Position numbers and translations under genes: made by a program. Under the pieces are notes generated by a model, which saw only the letters and a program-made list of their open reading frames with translations, searched no databases and was not told the origin of the DNA. A DNA stretch of 64,000 nucleotides, from positions 32,001-96,000 of the forward strand of contig CAVYNY010000034.1 of NCBI GenBank assembly GCA_963769935.1. Reading direction: 5' to 3'. Every line of letters starts with the position of its first letter. Positions within the stretch are counted from its first letter, which is position 1. This DNA comes from an uncultured delta proteobacterium (GTDB taxonomy: Bacteria; Desulfobacterota; Desulfobacteria; Desulfobacterales; JAFDCJ01). Of the stretch, positions 11,145 through 21,624 are shown in pieces.

Positions 11145-12089
11145 TTACTTCGATTCCAGTCCCTTTACCAGCGTCCACAGGGTGTGGTTAAACGGCGTCG
11201 GAATTCCCGCCCGTTCACCGTATTTCACAAACTTTCCATTCATAAAGTCGATTTCAGTGCGGCGCTTGGCCTCGATGTCCATGAGCATGGACGGCTTATG
11301 ATCCCCCGCACTGCCCATGTATTCCATGGCGTGCGGGTAAAAATCCCACCCCAGATTTATTTCATTGGCCCGGGCCACTTTCAAACATTCTTTTACCAGG
11401 TTATCGACCGTCTGGTAAACAATGGGATCATTCATCGCCCGGAACATGGTAAGGCCGGTTATGGCGCATACCGGATTCATGCACGAGTTCAGGACCGCTT
11501 TGCGCCAGACCATGGAGATAATCTGATCGGTGTGTTCAGTTTCCAGTCCGCAGATGCTGAAAGTCTCGGCAATCACGCCGGCTGCGTGGTGTGATATGGG
11601 GTCAAGCTCCTGAATATAATGGGGGGGATGATGAAACGGGATGTGCACATGGCCCGGCGCTACGAGTCCGCAGCCATAGTTCACCACGGCCCGCATCACG
11701 GGAATTTTGCCCAGGATTTTAGAGAGCTCCAACTCCGTGTCAATCCCGTTTTGCCAACTGACGACATACATTCCCTCGCGGTAAAATCCCTCAATGGCGG
11801 AAGCGATCAACGGCAGCACATGGGCTTTGACCGTAATGACGATGACATCGGGATCATGATGGGCGAGTTCATCGATGTTCGTGATGGTCTTTGAGACTTT
11901 TTGCTGGAGGTTTTCTGCGCCTTCGATAATGATTCCGGGGTTAAGGGCCGGTGCCAGTAAGTCTGGAACGACGTCGCAAAGGATAACTTCATTACCGCCT
12001 TTGGCCAGAAAAGCGGCGACGATGCATCCGACCGGTCCGGCGCCGACCACTGCAAACGTCCGGGGATTGAACTTGGATTTTTGGTTCAT
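11145..12089 (-). CDS. panE: Ketopantoate reductase family 2-oxoacid reductase (PanE/ApbA)
   Basis: GAGPVG Rossmann motif, TVKA, WQNGI, WRKAVLN, PSMLMD..RRTEIDFMNG. Confidence 0.85.
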   Translation of the reverse strand: MNQKSKFNPRTFAVVGAGPVGCIVAAFLAKGGNEVILCDVVPDLLAPALNPGIIIEGAENLQQKVSKTITNIDELAHHDPDVIVITVKAHVLPLIASAIEGFYREGMYVVSWQNGIDTELELSKILGKIPVMRAVVNYGCGLVAPGHVHIPFHHPPHYIQELDPISHHAAGVIAETFSICGLETEHTDQIISMVWRKAVLNSCMNPVCAITGLTMFRAMNDPIVYQTVDNLVKECLKVARANEINLGWDFYPHAMEYMGSAGDHKPSMLMDIEAKRRTEIDFMNGKFVKYGERAGIPTPFNHTLWTLVKGLESK

Positions 12090-12392
12090 ATATTGCCCCC
12101 CTAGTAGAATTGAATATTTTAAATTGAAGATTGAATATTGGTGGATTCGCTTTGCTCAGTCGAGTTTAAAATAGACAGAAGACCTGCCTTCGACATTCGA
12201 CCTGCCCGCAATGCCTTGAGAGCTGTCCAACGCGAACTTAATCATTTGATCCATAGCTCATGGATTGCTCTCAGTCATCGCTCTAAGCATGGCAGGCGGG
12301 TATTTGTTTTTTTAGAGTTTCTTTTCCAGTCAAACTGGCCGTCTTACAGTCAGCGGCCGGGCTGGACACGTAAACGATTGTGCTCAAAACAC

Positions 12393-12986
12393 CTACGAGG
12401 CGCCCGCCGCCGTATACCCCAGATCAAATGCCTTGAGATTTGATTCCAGGAACGCCTTTTTGGTCTTGGCTTGCATGGCCTCTTTGACCATTTCAACCGA
12501 AACCGGCAGAACGCCGGTCTGAGTTAAAGCGCCCAGCAAAACCATGTTGACCGACAGGGGGTTTCCGGCTTCCTTCGCCAGTGCGGCTGCGTTAAACGCG
12601 ATCAGTTTGGCTGTTTTGCGGCGAATGAGCTCCTGCAGCTGTTTTAGATCGGGATAAACCCCCTGGCCGATATTTACGGTAAAGGGCATCAGCGGGGCAA
12701 GATTGGTAATCACGACGGTGTTGGCGTTGCATTTGCCTATGGCCCTTAATGTTTCGGCGGGTTCAAAACCAACCAGAACGTCGGCTTCGCCGTCTGATAT
12801 AATGGTGCTCCTGGCCTCCCCGAATACAAGTGAAGATTCCACGACGCCACCCCTTTGGGCCATACCGTGGATTTCACTCATTTGCAGCGGTATTCCGGAA
12901 CGCATCGCCGCCTCACCCAGCACGCTGGAAGCCAGCAGGTTTCCCTGTCCCCCCACAGCTACAATGACTAGTCTTTTTGTTTCCAT
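12393..12986 (-). CDS. iorB: Indolepyruvate:ferredoxin oxidoreductase beta subunit
   Basis: AVGGQGNLL, SEIHGMAQRGGVV, NMVLLGAL. Confidence 0.93.
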   Translation of the reverse strand: METKRLVIVAVGGQGNLLASSVLGEAAMRSGIPLQMSEIHGMAQRGGVVESSLVFGEARSTIISDGEADVLVGFEPAETLRAIGKCNANTVVITNLAPLMPFTVNIGQGVYPDLKQLQELIRRKTAKLIAFNAAALAKEAGNPLSVNMVLLGALTQTGVLPVSVEMVKEAMQAKTKKAFLESNLKAFDLGYTAAGAS

Positions 12987-13012
12987 GAATAGTTTCCTGT
13001 CGTTCGGTGTGT

Positions 13013-13067
13013 TCGTCCCGATGAAATTCGCTTCGCTGATACTGCGTATATTTCATGGGATAAATTT
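13013..13067 (-). repeat. 55-bp structured element, identical to 39225-39279 in inverted orientation
   Basis: Base-by-base reverse complement of 39225-39279. Confidence 0.9.
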
Positions 13068-13276
13068 GGATCGTTAGGATCGTTTAGTTCGTTGAGTACG
13101 TTTTGATCGTTTAATATCAGCCAATTGGTTAAAATTTTTTGAAAATAAAGTGTCTAAGATGTCTAAAATTAAGGATTTATCATTCTTTTTAACTATGAGC
13201 CATGAGCTATTTTACCGCCAACCTCGAACTCGATGCATTTTGTCCACGGTCAACTCCATCAACTCAATAAACCAAA

Positions 13277-15148
13277 TCAGTGCCCCTGGGCATCGGCGGT
13301 TGATTTTACGGGGCGGATCGCGTTTTCCGGGCAAATCTGGGCACAGACTGCACAACCTGTACACAGATTGGCATCTATTTTAACCCGGTCGTTCCAGATA
13401 TAAAACGCGGGGCAGGCCAGCGATTCGATGCAGTCTTTGTGATTTTGGCATTTCTCGCTCACGTAAAACGGCTTGTGCCGCGGCATCTTCAGTGCGTTGG
13501 CATACAGGGCACAGGTTTCTTCCGATATGATTACCGAAACCCCTTTGTAACTGACGGCCTCCTTGATGGCTTCGATGCTTTTCTTTACTTTATAAGGTTT
13601 AACAACGGTTACATGTTGAACCCCGATCGCTTTTACCACCGCTTCGATGGATACTTTGCCGTATCCTTCCATGTGCAACCGGGTCATGTCTACTCCGGGG
13701 TTCGGCTGGTGGCCGGTCATGGCCGTGGTGCCGTTGTCCAGGATGACCAGGGTGAAGTTGTGATTGTTGTAAACGGCGTTGATCAGACCGGGAATCCCGG
13801 AATGGAAAAAGGTCGAATCGCCGATAAATGCAATGACCTTTTGGGTGTTGACTTTGGAAAATCCACCGGCGGTGCCCACCGAGGATCCCATGCATATCAG
13901 AAAATCAGCGGCCGACAGCGGCGGCAGCAGCCCGAGGGTGTAGCAGCCGATGTCGGATGGAAAAATGGTGTCCATCCCCTCGGTGGCTTTTTTCACCTCG
14001 TAATACGTGGCCCGGTGCGAACAGCCCGCGCACAAAGTAGGGGGGCGCTGGGGGACCGGCGGTACGTCCGAAAGGTCGAGCGGCGCGGGCGGCGTGTAGG
14101 GCAGATCGAAGTATTTGGCCATACATAGCTTCACCTGGGCCGGGTCGTATTCATACAACCGCGTAAACAGCCCCTCGGTTTTGCCGTTTATGGGCAGCGT
14201 CAACCCTTCTTCCTGGGCAAAGGCTTTGATCGCTTCCTCCATGTATGGTTCACCTTCTTCCACGATCAGTACCTTTTCACAGCCTTTCAGGAAGTCTTTT
14301 ATGAGGGCCGGCGGCAGCGGGTGCGAAAATCCGATTCGCAGCACCTTGACCTCATCTTCAATATTCAAATCCCGGATGCCGTCCCTGACATAATTATAGC
14401 CGACGCCATTGCAGATGATGCCCCACTTGCCGGTGCCGCCGGTAAAATTGTACGGGGATTTTTCGGCAAGCTCCCGGGCGCTGTCATAGTTTTTAAGCAG
14501 TTTGACATGCAGCTTGCGGGCGACTGCCGGCACCACCACCAGGTTCAGAGGATCCTTGGTAAAATCACCTGAAGTTTTCGGTTTTCTGATTTGGCCCAGG
14601 GTTATGACACCGGAGGAGTGGTTGATGCGGGTGGTGGTGCGGAATAATACCGGCTCCTGAAGCTTCTCCGAAAGATCAAACGCATAGGGCAGCATTTCTT
14701 TTGCTTCTTCGACCGATGACGGCTCGAGCATGGGCAGTCCCGCCATCTTGGCATAGTAGCGGTTGTCCTGCTCGTTCTGGCTGGAAAACATGAAGGGGTC
14801 ATCGGCGGAAAGGATCACCATCCCGGCTTTTACGCCGACGTACGCCAAGGTCATGAGCGCATCGGCCGCCACATTCACGCCGACGTGTTTCATCACGCAC
14901 ATGCTGCGGACCCCTGAATTCGCAGCCGCGGCCGCCACTTCCATGGCAATCTTTTCGTTGGTGCAGTATTCGAAATACAGATCGCTTTCGCGGGCCATCT
15001 GGAAAAAGCTGGTTGAGATTTCCGAAGAGGGTGTTCCCGGATAAGTGCTTGTAAACGCAACACCCGCTTCGATGGCGCCCCGGGCAATGGCCTCATTGCC
15101 CAGCAGCAGCATTTTTTCGCCTGGATTGTCGGTTAGTAGTTTGTGCAT
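13277..15148 (-). CDS. iorA: Indolepyruvate:ferredoxin oxidoreductase alpha subunit
   Basis: LLGNEAIARGA, YPGTPSSE, RPPTLCAGCSH, DIGCYTL, GDSTFFHSG TPP motif, C-terminal ferredoxin. Confidence 0.95.
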   Translation of the reverse strand: MHKLLTDNPGEKMLLLGNEAIARGAIEAGVAFTSTYPGTPSSEISTSFFQMARESDLYFEYCTNEKIAMEVAAAAANSGVRSMCVMKHVGVNVAADALMTLAYVGVKAGMVILSADDPFMFSSQNEQDNRYYAKMAGLPMLEPSSVEEAKEMLPYAFDLSEKLQEPVLFRTTTRINHSSGVITLGQIRKPKTSGDFTKDPLNLVVVPAVARKLHVKLLKNYDSARELAEKSPYNFTGGTGKWGIICNGVGYNYVRDGIRDLNIEDEVKVLRIGFSHPLPPALIKDFLKGCEKVLIVEEGEPYMEEAIKAFAQEEGLTLPINGKTEGLFTRLYEYDPAQVKLCMAKYFDLPYTPPAPLDLSDVPPVPQRPPTLCAGCSHRATYYEVKKATEGMDTIFPSDIGCYTLGLLPPLSAADFLICMGSSVGTAGGFSKVNTQKVIAFIGDSTFFHSGIPGLINAVYNNHNFTLVILDNGTTAMTGHQPNPGVDMTRLHMEGYGKVSIEAVVKAIGVQHVTVVKPYKVKKSIEAIKEAVSYKGVSVIISEETCALYANALKMPRHKPFYVSEKCQNHKDCIESLACPAFYIWNDRVKIDANLCTGCAVCAQICPENAIRPVKSTADAQGH

Positions 15149-15187
15149 AATTTTCTTCCTTGAAAAAATTTTATTTGGTGTATGTAT

Positions 15188-15421
15188 TTATTCTGCATTT
15201 TCCTTAGATTTCTGCCGGGTATAAATCGTCTTAAACTGTTCGGGGAACATCTGCATGCAGCCGGTGCAGGCCTTTTCATTTTCGGCATTAAACGGCTCCA
15301 AATGAACTTCGAGTCCGATTTCTGCATACATCGCCGCCATTTCCGACAGGCGGGGATCATCGTAGGTGGCCCTTTTTTCCCAGCCGTCATCGATCAGTTT
15401 TTGTTCTGGAGACTTGGGCAT
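15188..15421 (-). CDS. Small hypothetical protein with CxxC (ACTGC)
   Basis: Fits the operon directly upstream of iorA; start may instead be 15439. Confidence 0.6.
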   Translation of the reverse strand: MPKSPEQKLIDDGWEKRATYDDPRLSEMAAMYAEIGLEVHLEPFNAENEKACTGCMQMFPEQFKTIYTRQKSKENAE

Positions 15422-15506
15422 AGGATTCTCAATTTTCAATTTAGCCCTGCCGCCGGCGTCAAGGCGGCCAGTTTGATCATTAAAGATACTATTGTCATTC
15501 GCTATC

Positions 15507-15560
15507 GTAGGGCCGGCCTCTGCGCCGACCCATCCCGGCGGGCACGGAGGCCCGCCCTAC
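15507..15560. repeat. GTAG-type REP doublet
   Basis: GTAGGGCCGGCCTCTGCGCC ... GGCACGGAGGCCCGCCCTAC imperfect inverted pair. Confidence 0.6.
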
Positions 15561-15612
15561 ATCAGCTGTCGCAATAAAAGAAGCTTCATACGTGATCCAT
15601 CCGGGTTAGGCG

Positions 15613-17649
15613 CTATTTTCCTTTAAATTCAACTCTGCGCCCGACGTTTGTCAGACCTGCCAATGCATCCCCCGTTGAGAAGATATCGTGTAAACGCCCA
15701 AGTTCGATTCCAACGGCGTCTTCAATCGATTTTCCTTCCTGCCGGTTGATAATTTCATTGCTCAATTTAAGTGCAAGGGGGGCCTTAAAACCAACAGTCT
15801 TGCGAACTTTTTCCGCCAGCGCCTGGGAAACTCCTTGCGGCGGATCTCCGGCAAGCAACCTGGCAACATTTGCAGGACTGCATACCTGAGCGAAAGGCTT
15901 CAGGTTGTCCGGCACTTCCCGCCGGCGGTATTTATCGGGTCTATCCTCAGACATAAGTTTTTGGATGGCGGAATCAACCTCGGCCGGCTGCACCAGTTTT
16001 GTGAAGATCCCGAGCGCGTGAGCATCCTGGGCGGTTATTGCTGCACCGGTAAACACAAAATACTTGGCCAGCTCCGAACCGACCATGCGGGCTGTGCGAA
16101 GCATCCCCCCCAGACCCGGGAAAATGCCGATTCCGGTTTCCGGAAATCCCAGGGAGCCCGCCGGGGTTGCAATAATCGCCTGACAGGCCAAGGCCAGTTC
16201 GCTGCCCCCTCCCAGTGACAGGCCATCGACAATAGCAATGGTCAGTTTTTCAGAATTTTCGATTCTGAGAAAAAGCGCATGACCTTTACGGGTAAATTCG
16301 TAGATATCAGAAATTTTATCGGCCCTTATTTTTTGGACAAAGTAGCGAATATCCGCACCGGCCACGAAGGATTTGCCGGCTCCCTGAAACACAATCGCCT
16401 TGACCGCCGGGTCTTTCTCAGCCTCTGTAAAGCGCTGATCGAGTTGGGCGACGACCTTTTCATTCAAAGCATTCATTGCCTCCGGCCGATTGATAGTGAT
16501 GAAGGCAATTTGATCCTTGATTTGCAGGTCTACGAACCGGAAGTCAAAGGGTTTACCGAGTTCATTCTGGCGCGCCAGAATCCTGGGCATCTTAAAATCG
16601 GCATATTTTCGGCTGACGGCTTCAACGGCGGCGTAAGTCTTGTCGATGCCGATCTTGTTCATGATCTCAAATGGTCCCATGACCCAGCGCAATCCGATTT
16701 TAGCGCCCCGATCGGTGTCTTCGATGGAGGCAACCCCCTCATCCACCAGGGCGGCCGCAACGCCTAAGCAGACCCCGTAAAACCGGTCGATGACGGCCGG
16801 CAGTTTGGACTCGTCTACACCGCCCGCCAGATCCCAGTTCTCTTTTTTATCCATTTGGGCCTTGAGGATGACGGCCGTGGCATAAAACGGCCCCAGCTCA
16901 TTGCCCAGGGTGGTTGAGGCATGCACGGCAATCGGAATGCCGGTAACGTTCATCAGTTCGAACGGCCCCATGCCGATTTTAAAGGCCCGCTTGGCGGCTT
17001 CTTCAATGGTCGGGATATCGGCCATGTTTTCTTCCAGCATGCGGGCCGCCTCGTTGAGAAACGGGACAAAGAAGCGATTGACGGCAAAGCCCGGAGCATC
17101 CTTGACGACAATTGCGGTTTTGCCGTGCAGTTTGGCCGCCAGAAGCGATTTCTCAATCGTCTCGGCGCTGGTTGAATCGTGGGGAATGACTTCCAACAGC
17201 CGGTTTTTAGCCGGATGATAGAAGTAATGCAGGCCGATGAAACGATCCGGACGCGATGTTTGTTCGGCAAACTCATGTACATAAAAACTGGATGTGTTGG
17301 TGGCCAGAATCGTTTTGGCCGAACAAATCTGATCAAGCTTTTTAAACAGGTCTGCTTTTACCTGTTTGTCCTCGAAGACCGCTTCGATGACCAGGTCCGC
17401 ATCCGCCACCGCACTGAAGTCGGTCGTACCCGTGATGCGGGAGAGAGTGGCTTCGACCTGTTCGGGCTTGAAAATCCTGCGTTCCACGCCTTGTTGCAGT
17501 GTTTTTTTGATAATGCCGAGGCCCCGATCGACAAATTCTTCCCGCATGTCGACCACCACCACGTTCAGTCCTTCCTGCGCAATTTTCTGGGCGATCCCGC
17601 TGCCCATATTCCCGGCGCCGATGACGGCGATTTTATTTATTTGCTGCAT
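15613..17649 (-). CDS. 3-hydroxyacyl-CoA dehydrogenase / enoyl-CoA hydratase fusion
   Basis: GAGNMGSGIA, ATNTSS, GLHYFYHP, PGFAVNR, then crotonase AGADI / GGGSELAL / FPET; start MQQINK with RBS (upstream extension is repeat-derived). Confidence 0.92.
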   Translation of the reverse strand: MQQINKIAVIGAGNMGSGIAQKIAQEGLNVVVVDMREEFVDRGLGIIKKTLQQGVERRIFKPEQVEATLSRITGTTDFSAVADADLVIEAVFEDKQVKADLFKKLDQICSAKTILATNTSSFYVHEFAEQTSRPDRFIGLHYFYHPAKNRLLEVIPHDSTSAETIEKSLLAAKLHGKTAIVVKDAPGFAVNRFFVPFLNEAARMLEENMADIPTIEEAAKRAFKIGMGPFELMNVTGIPIAVHASTTLGNELGPFYATAVILKAQMDKKENWDLAGGVDESKLPAVIDRFYGVCLGVAAALVDEGVASIEDTDRGAKIGLRWVMGPFEIMNKIGIDKTYAAVEAVSRKYADFKMPRILARQNELGKPFDFRFVDLQIKDQIAFITINRPEAMNALNEKVVAQLDQRFTEAEKDPAVKAIVFQGAGKSFVAGADIRYFVQKIRADKISDIYEFTRKGHALFLRIENSEKLTIAIVDGLSLGGGSELALACQAIIATPAGSLGFPETGIGIFPGLGGMLRTARMVGSELAKYFVFTGAAITAQDAHALGIFTKLVQPAEVDSAIQKLMSEDRPDKYRRREVPDNLKPFAQVCSPANVARLLAGDPPQGVSQALAEKVRKTVGFKAPLALKLSNEIINRQEGKSIEDAVGIELGRLHDIFSTGDALAGLTNVGRRVEFKGK

Positions 17650-17667
17650 AGCGACTCCCGTCCTAAT

Positions 17668-18028
17668 TATTGAAGATTGAAAATTGAAGATTGAATATTT
17701 GTGGTATTCTATCGATTTTATCTTGCTTCTGACAACATGTTTTCCGAACACATCAGGTAATGACCTATGATAACTTTTTTTGATATCGAAAATTGATGAA
17801 ATCGTAAAAAGTAGAATTTACCGATTTTCTGGATTCCCGCCTGCGCGGGAATGACAATAATAGATTTAATATCGGTTACTTAAAACAGTCGTCATACCCG
17901 CGTAGGCGGGTATCCAGTCCTTGGAATGACTATTTACGATAGCTTCAAAATTGAATACTGAAGCCCAAACCGGAAATCAAAACGATAGAATACCTCAAAT
18001 ATTCAATTGACAATCTTCAATATTCATT
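17668..18028. repeat. Nested intergenic element: outer heptamer-repeat IR, inner MITE-like IR, innermost REP doublet
   Basis: Outer arms ~17668-17720 / ~17975-18028; inner arms 17793-17812 / 17929-17948; GGATTCCCGCCTGCGCGGGAATGAC at 17831 and GTCATACCCGCGTAGGCGGGTATCC at 17891. Confidence 0.8.
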
Positions 18029-18029
18029 C

Positions 18030-18800
18030 CTACCTGTTCTTCCATTCCGGCTTGCGCTTTTCTTCGTAACTGGCGATGCCCTCCAGGGTGTCTGCGGTTT
18101 TCATCAGGGTGTTGAGGAAAAGATCGCTGACACCTGCTAGGGCCGGCTTGAAATCCAGGCCCAGATGTTGTTTGACCGCTCTTTTGTTCAATCGAATAAT
18201 CAGCGGACTGTTGTACTGAATATCCTTTATAATTTTCGCGGCCGCCTCACCCAGTTGATCGTCTTCGACGACGTGACCGACCATTCCCATGATGTGTGCT
18301 TCTTCGGCACTGTAAAATTTGCCTGTTGTGCAGATTTCAACCGCCCGGGCCGGCCCCACCAGCGGCGGCAGACGCATGGCGGCATACGGCGGGAAAAAAC
18401 CGACCTTGATTTCGGGTTGGCCGAATTGAGCACTTTTACCGGCCACAATGACATCGCAGGCAATCGCCAGTTCCATGCCGCCGCCCAGACAGTATCCCTG
18501 CACGACGGCGATGATCGGCACTTCGAGCTGTTCGCTAAGCTCAAATATGCGGTTGAAAACGGCGATCATGTCCTTGACTTTGCCGGGCTTGTGATCGGCC
18601 ACTTCCACTCCGGTACAAAAGTGTTTGCCCTCAGCGAAGAAGGCCACACATTTGAGGTCCTTGTCCTTGAGCAGGTCTTCCAACCGGCCGTTGAGTTCAT
18701 TCATCATTTCGATATTCATCATATTGAACTTCGGTCGATTGAGGGTAATGCGCGCGACGCCGTCGGCCTTTTCGAATTTGAGATGCTTGAGTTCGGTCAT
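18030..18800 (-). CDS. Enoyl-CoA hydratase, probable cyclohexa-1,5-diene-1-carbonyl-CoA hydratase (Dch/BamR-like)
   Basis: Crotonase motifs FCTGVEVADH, CLGGGMELA, GQPEIKVG; context with oah. Confidence 0.8.
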   Translation of the reverse strand: MTELKHLKFEKADGVARITLNRPKFNMMNIEMMNELNGRLEDLLKDKDLKCVAFFAEGKHFCTGVEVADHKPGKVKDMIAVFNRIFELSEQLEVPIIAVVQGYCLGGGMELAIACDVIVAGKSAQFGQPEIKVGFFPPYAAMRLPPLVGPARAVEICTTGKFYSAEEAHIMGMVGHVVEDDQLGEAAAKIIKDIQYNSPLIIRLNKRAVKQHLGLDFKPALAGVSDLFLNTLMKTADTLEGIASYEEKRKPEWKNR

Positions 18801-18937
18801 GTTCTAATATCCTTTTCAATCGGTTTACCGCGGAGATCGCAGAGATCGCTGAGAGAAAACATGAAGTCGGTCAGTATGGCAAAGCAAACTCCCTCATTTA
18901 GACTCTGCGGCCTCGGCGTGCTCTGCGGTGACGGATT

Positions 18938-19371
18938 TTAAACTTTCTGGAATACATAATTCAACTGCCCATTGGGCAGGGTGTTGGCGACCGTCTTCAT
19001 CACCATACCCACTTTTATTTCGTCTTCCGGCAGATTCCGGTCGATGCGGCCGAAAACCTTGTAATCGCCATAATCCAGCAGTGCGATGGAATAGGGCACA
19101 TCCTCCTGAAAGCCGATCGGGGCATATTCCAACTTGCTGAAGGTAACCAGTTTGCCCGTGCCGCTCACCTCGAACCATTCCATGTTGCTGGACAGACACT
19201 GATAGCAATCCGATCGGGGGGGAAGAAGACCAGACCGCAAACTTTGCAGCGAGTGCCGGCGACCGTCCCTTTCTCGAGGTAATCGATGAAGTCGTTGGTC
19301 TTGGTAATGGCGGTAAAGCTGACCGTCCCGAATTTTTTGAACCTGTCATCCACTTCTTTCGTTAAGCTCAT
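18938..19371 (-). CDS. Zn-ribbon/OB-fold (DUF35) thiolase partner, frameshifted in a G7 run at 19216-19222
   Basis: GTRCKVCGLVFFPP joins RSDCYQC...SGTGKLVTFS...PYSIAL...VGMVM if one C is added. Confidence 0.85.
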
Positions 19372-19568
19372 ACCATAGCTCCTTAAGATGAATGGATTCT
19401 GTTTTAATTTTTTTAGACAGGATTTACAGGATTAATTGGATTTTTTTGTTCCTCATTTTCCGGAAGAAAATGAGGAAAACCAAACCAAAAATAAATCCTG
19501 AAAATCCTGTCAACTGCTAATAACAAGAAAGAATCCATATATTACTTTTTAAGATTTGAATACCGAAA

Positions 19569-20735
19569 TCACCTTCCCAATATTGTCACATTGCCGTAAA
19601 GCCCCACCCCGCCGATGTTGTGTACCAGGCCGAACTGGGGGGCGTCCACCTGAATATCGCCGGCTTCGTCTCTTAATTGCAGTACGATTGTTCTGATCTG
19701 GGAGCCGCCCGTAGCGCCGATGGGGTGGCCCTTGGACAGCAGACCGCCGTCCACATTCACCGGGATACTGCCCTCGCGGTAGGTTTCTTTGGCCTTAATG
19801 AGATCTTTGCCTTCACCCGGTGCGGCAAAACCGAGATCTTCATAGGCCATCATTTCCGCGATGGTGAAACAGTCATGCACTTCGGCGACATCGATATCCC
19901 TGGCTGAGATGCCCGCCATTTGATAGGCCTGCTGCGCGGCCTGCTGAGCCACGGTCAGGCCGGTGAACAGATCCCGGCCGGCCAGATTGACGCTGGTTGA
20001 CGCAGCCCCCAGACCGAAAATCCAGACCGGTTTCCTGCACAAGGCCTTGGCCCTTTCTTCAGCGGCGACAATGATACAGGAACTGCCGTCCGCATTGGCA
20101 CAGCAATCACCCACCCGCAAAGGGCTTGCCACCGGACCTGCCATGCGGTTCGCCGGATCCTGAAACATCTCGAAGGTAACCGGCTTGCGGTAGACGGCTT
20201 TTTCATTCAGCTGGCCGTAGGTTGCGGCCTTGACACGGATCAGGGCCAGATCGTCCGGTCGGGTGCCGTATTTTGCCATGTGAGCACGGGCATACATGGC
20301 ATAGTAAGCCGGCATCATGGTACCGAACGGGCTCTCCCACTGGATGTCGGCACCGCGGCCCATCCGCTCCTGGGATTCGGAAGATGAGATTTCCGACATC
20401 TTCTGAAATCCGACAACCGCCACCACATCGTGAAGTCCTGATTTTACAAGCGAATATGCCAGTCTCACCCCCATACTGCTCGATGAGCAGAGACTTTCCA
20501 CATAAAACGTGGGTTGCGGGTTGAGGCCGAGGTATTCGGCAAAAACGCCGGCCGGTGAACGTTGTTTGTCATACTCGGGAGCCGAACAAATAATGGAGGC
20601 GCCGATATCCCGGGTTGTGATTTGGGCATCCGCCAAAGCTTCCTTGAAACCCTCGAAAGCAAGCTCCCGGATGGATCCCGGATACGACCGCACAAAGGCA
20701 CTCTGTCCGACACCGATGATTGCTACTTTACTCAT
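19569..20735 (-). CDS. Thiolase, SCP2/archaeal type
   Basis: VESLCSSS, EVHDCF, KGHPIGATG, HNIGG. Confidence 0.92.
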   Translation of the reverse strand: MSKVAIIGVGQSAFVRSYPGSIRELAFEGFKEALADAQITTRDIGASIICSAPEYDKQRSPAGVFAEYLGLNPQPTFYVESLCSSSSMGVRLAYSLVKSGLHDVVAVVGFQKMSEISSSESQERMGRGADIQWESPFGTMMPAYYAMYARAHMAKYGTRPDDLALIRVKAATYGQLNEKAVYRKPVTFEMFQDPANRMAGPVASPLRVGDCCANADGSSCIIVAAEERAKALCRKPVWIFGLGAASTSVNLAGRDLFTGLTVAQQAAQQAYQMAGISARDIDVAEVHDCFTIAEMMAYEDLGFAAPGEGKDLIKAKETYREGSIPVNVDGGLLSKGHPIGATGGSQIRTIVLQLRDEAGDIQVDAPQFGLVHNIGGVGLYGNVTILGR

Positions 20736-20796
20736 AAGCTATCCTTTCAATTGAAAATTTTCGATTGAATCTTAATCTTCAATCTTCAATCTTCAA

Positions 20797-21546
20797 TTAT
20801 ATGTATTGTCCGCCGTCGATTTTTATCACTTCACCCGTAATGTGTTTGGCTTTATCCGATGCCAGAAACGCAACCAGGTAGGCCAGATCTTCGGGCTGGC
20901 CCACTCTTTTGAGGGCACTTTCTCCCATGGCCAGATCGATGATCTTGTCCCGGGCCTCGGATTCTTTCAGCATGGCGGTTTCAATCAGTCCGGGGGCGAC
21001 GGCATTGACGTTCACGCCGAAAGCACCCAGTTCCTTGGCCAGGGCTTTGGTAAAGCCGATAATTCCGGCCTTGGACGCCGAGTAGTTGGTTTGCCCGAAT
21101 TTGCCGCGCAGGCCGTTAATCGAAGTGATATTGATGATTTTGCCGTATTTGCGTTCTTTGAAAATAGGCGCCACGTGGCGGGTAAAATTGAAATACCCCT
21201 TGAGATTGACCTCCAGGACCCGGTCCCACTGCTCTTCGGTCATTTTCCAGGACACCCCGTCCCAGTTCATGCCGGCATTGTTGACCAGGATTTCAAGGCT
21301 GCCGAATTCATCAATTGCGGCCCGGACGACACGCTCGGCATCGGCAAAAGAGGCGATATCACATTGAACCGCCAGGGCTTTGCGGCCCATTTGCCGAATT
21401 TCTTCGGCGTACTTTTTGGCTTCAGCTTCATGCTTGCGGTAGGTGAGGCAAATATTGGCGCCTTCGCGCGCCAGTTCAAAGGATGCTGCGGCCCCGATCC
21501 CCTGGGAGCCGCCGGTCACCAACGCATTTTTTCCTTCTAACAGCAT
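20797..21546 (-). CDS. Short-chain dehydrogenase/reductase (FabG-like hydroxyacyl-CoA dehydrogenase)
   Basis: TGGSQGIG, NNAG, YSASK, VAPG. Confidence 0.9.
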   Translation of the reverse strand: MLLEGKNALVTGGSQGIGAAASFELAREGANICLTYRKHEAEAKKYAEEIRQMGRKALAVQCDIASFADAERVVRAAIDEFGSLEILVNNAGMNWDGVSWKMTEEQWDRVLEVNLKGYFNFTRHVAPIFKERKYGKIINITSINGLRGKFGQTNYSASKAGIIGFTKALAKELGAFGVNVNAVAPGLIETAMLKESEARDKIIDLAMGESALKRVGQPEDLAYLVAFLASDKAKHITGEVIKIDGGQYI

Positions 21547-21624
21547 ATATCCTCCATTCAGGATGTGGTTGATACGTTGATAGTTATTTAATTTGACGAC
21601 CTTATTATTTCAATTAACTAATAA

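Noticed and set aside
17650..17751. N-terminal extension of the 712-aa ORF
   Set aside because: It is translated repeat DNA (SIFNFQSSI); the RBS supports a start at 17649.
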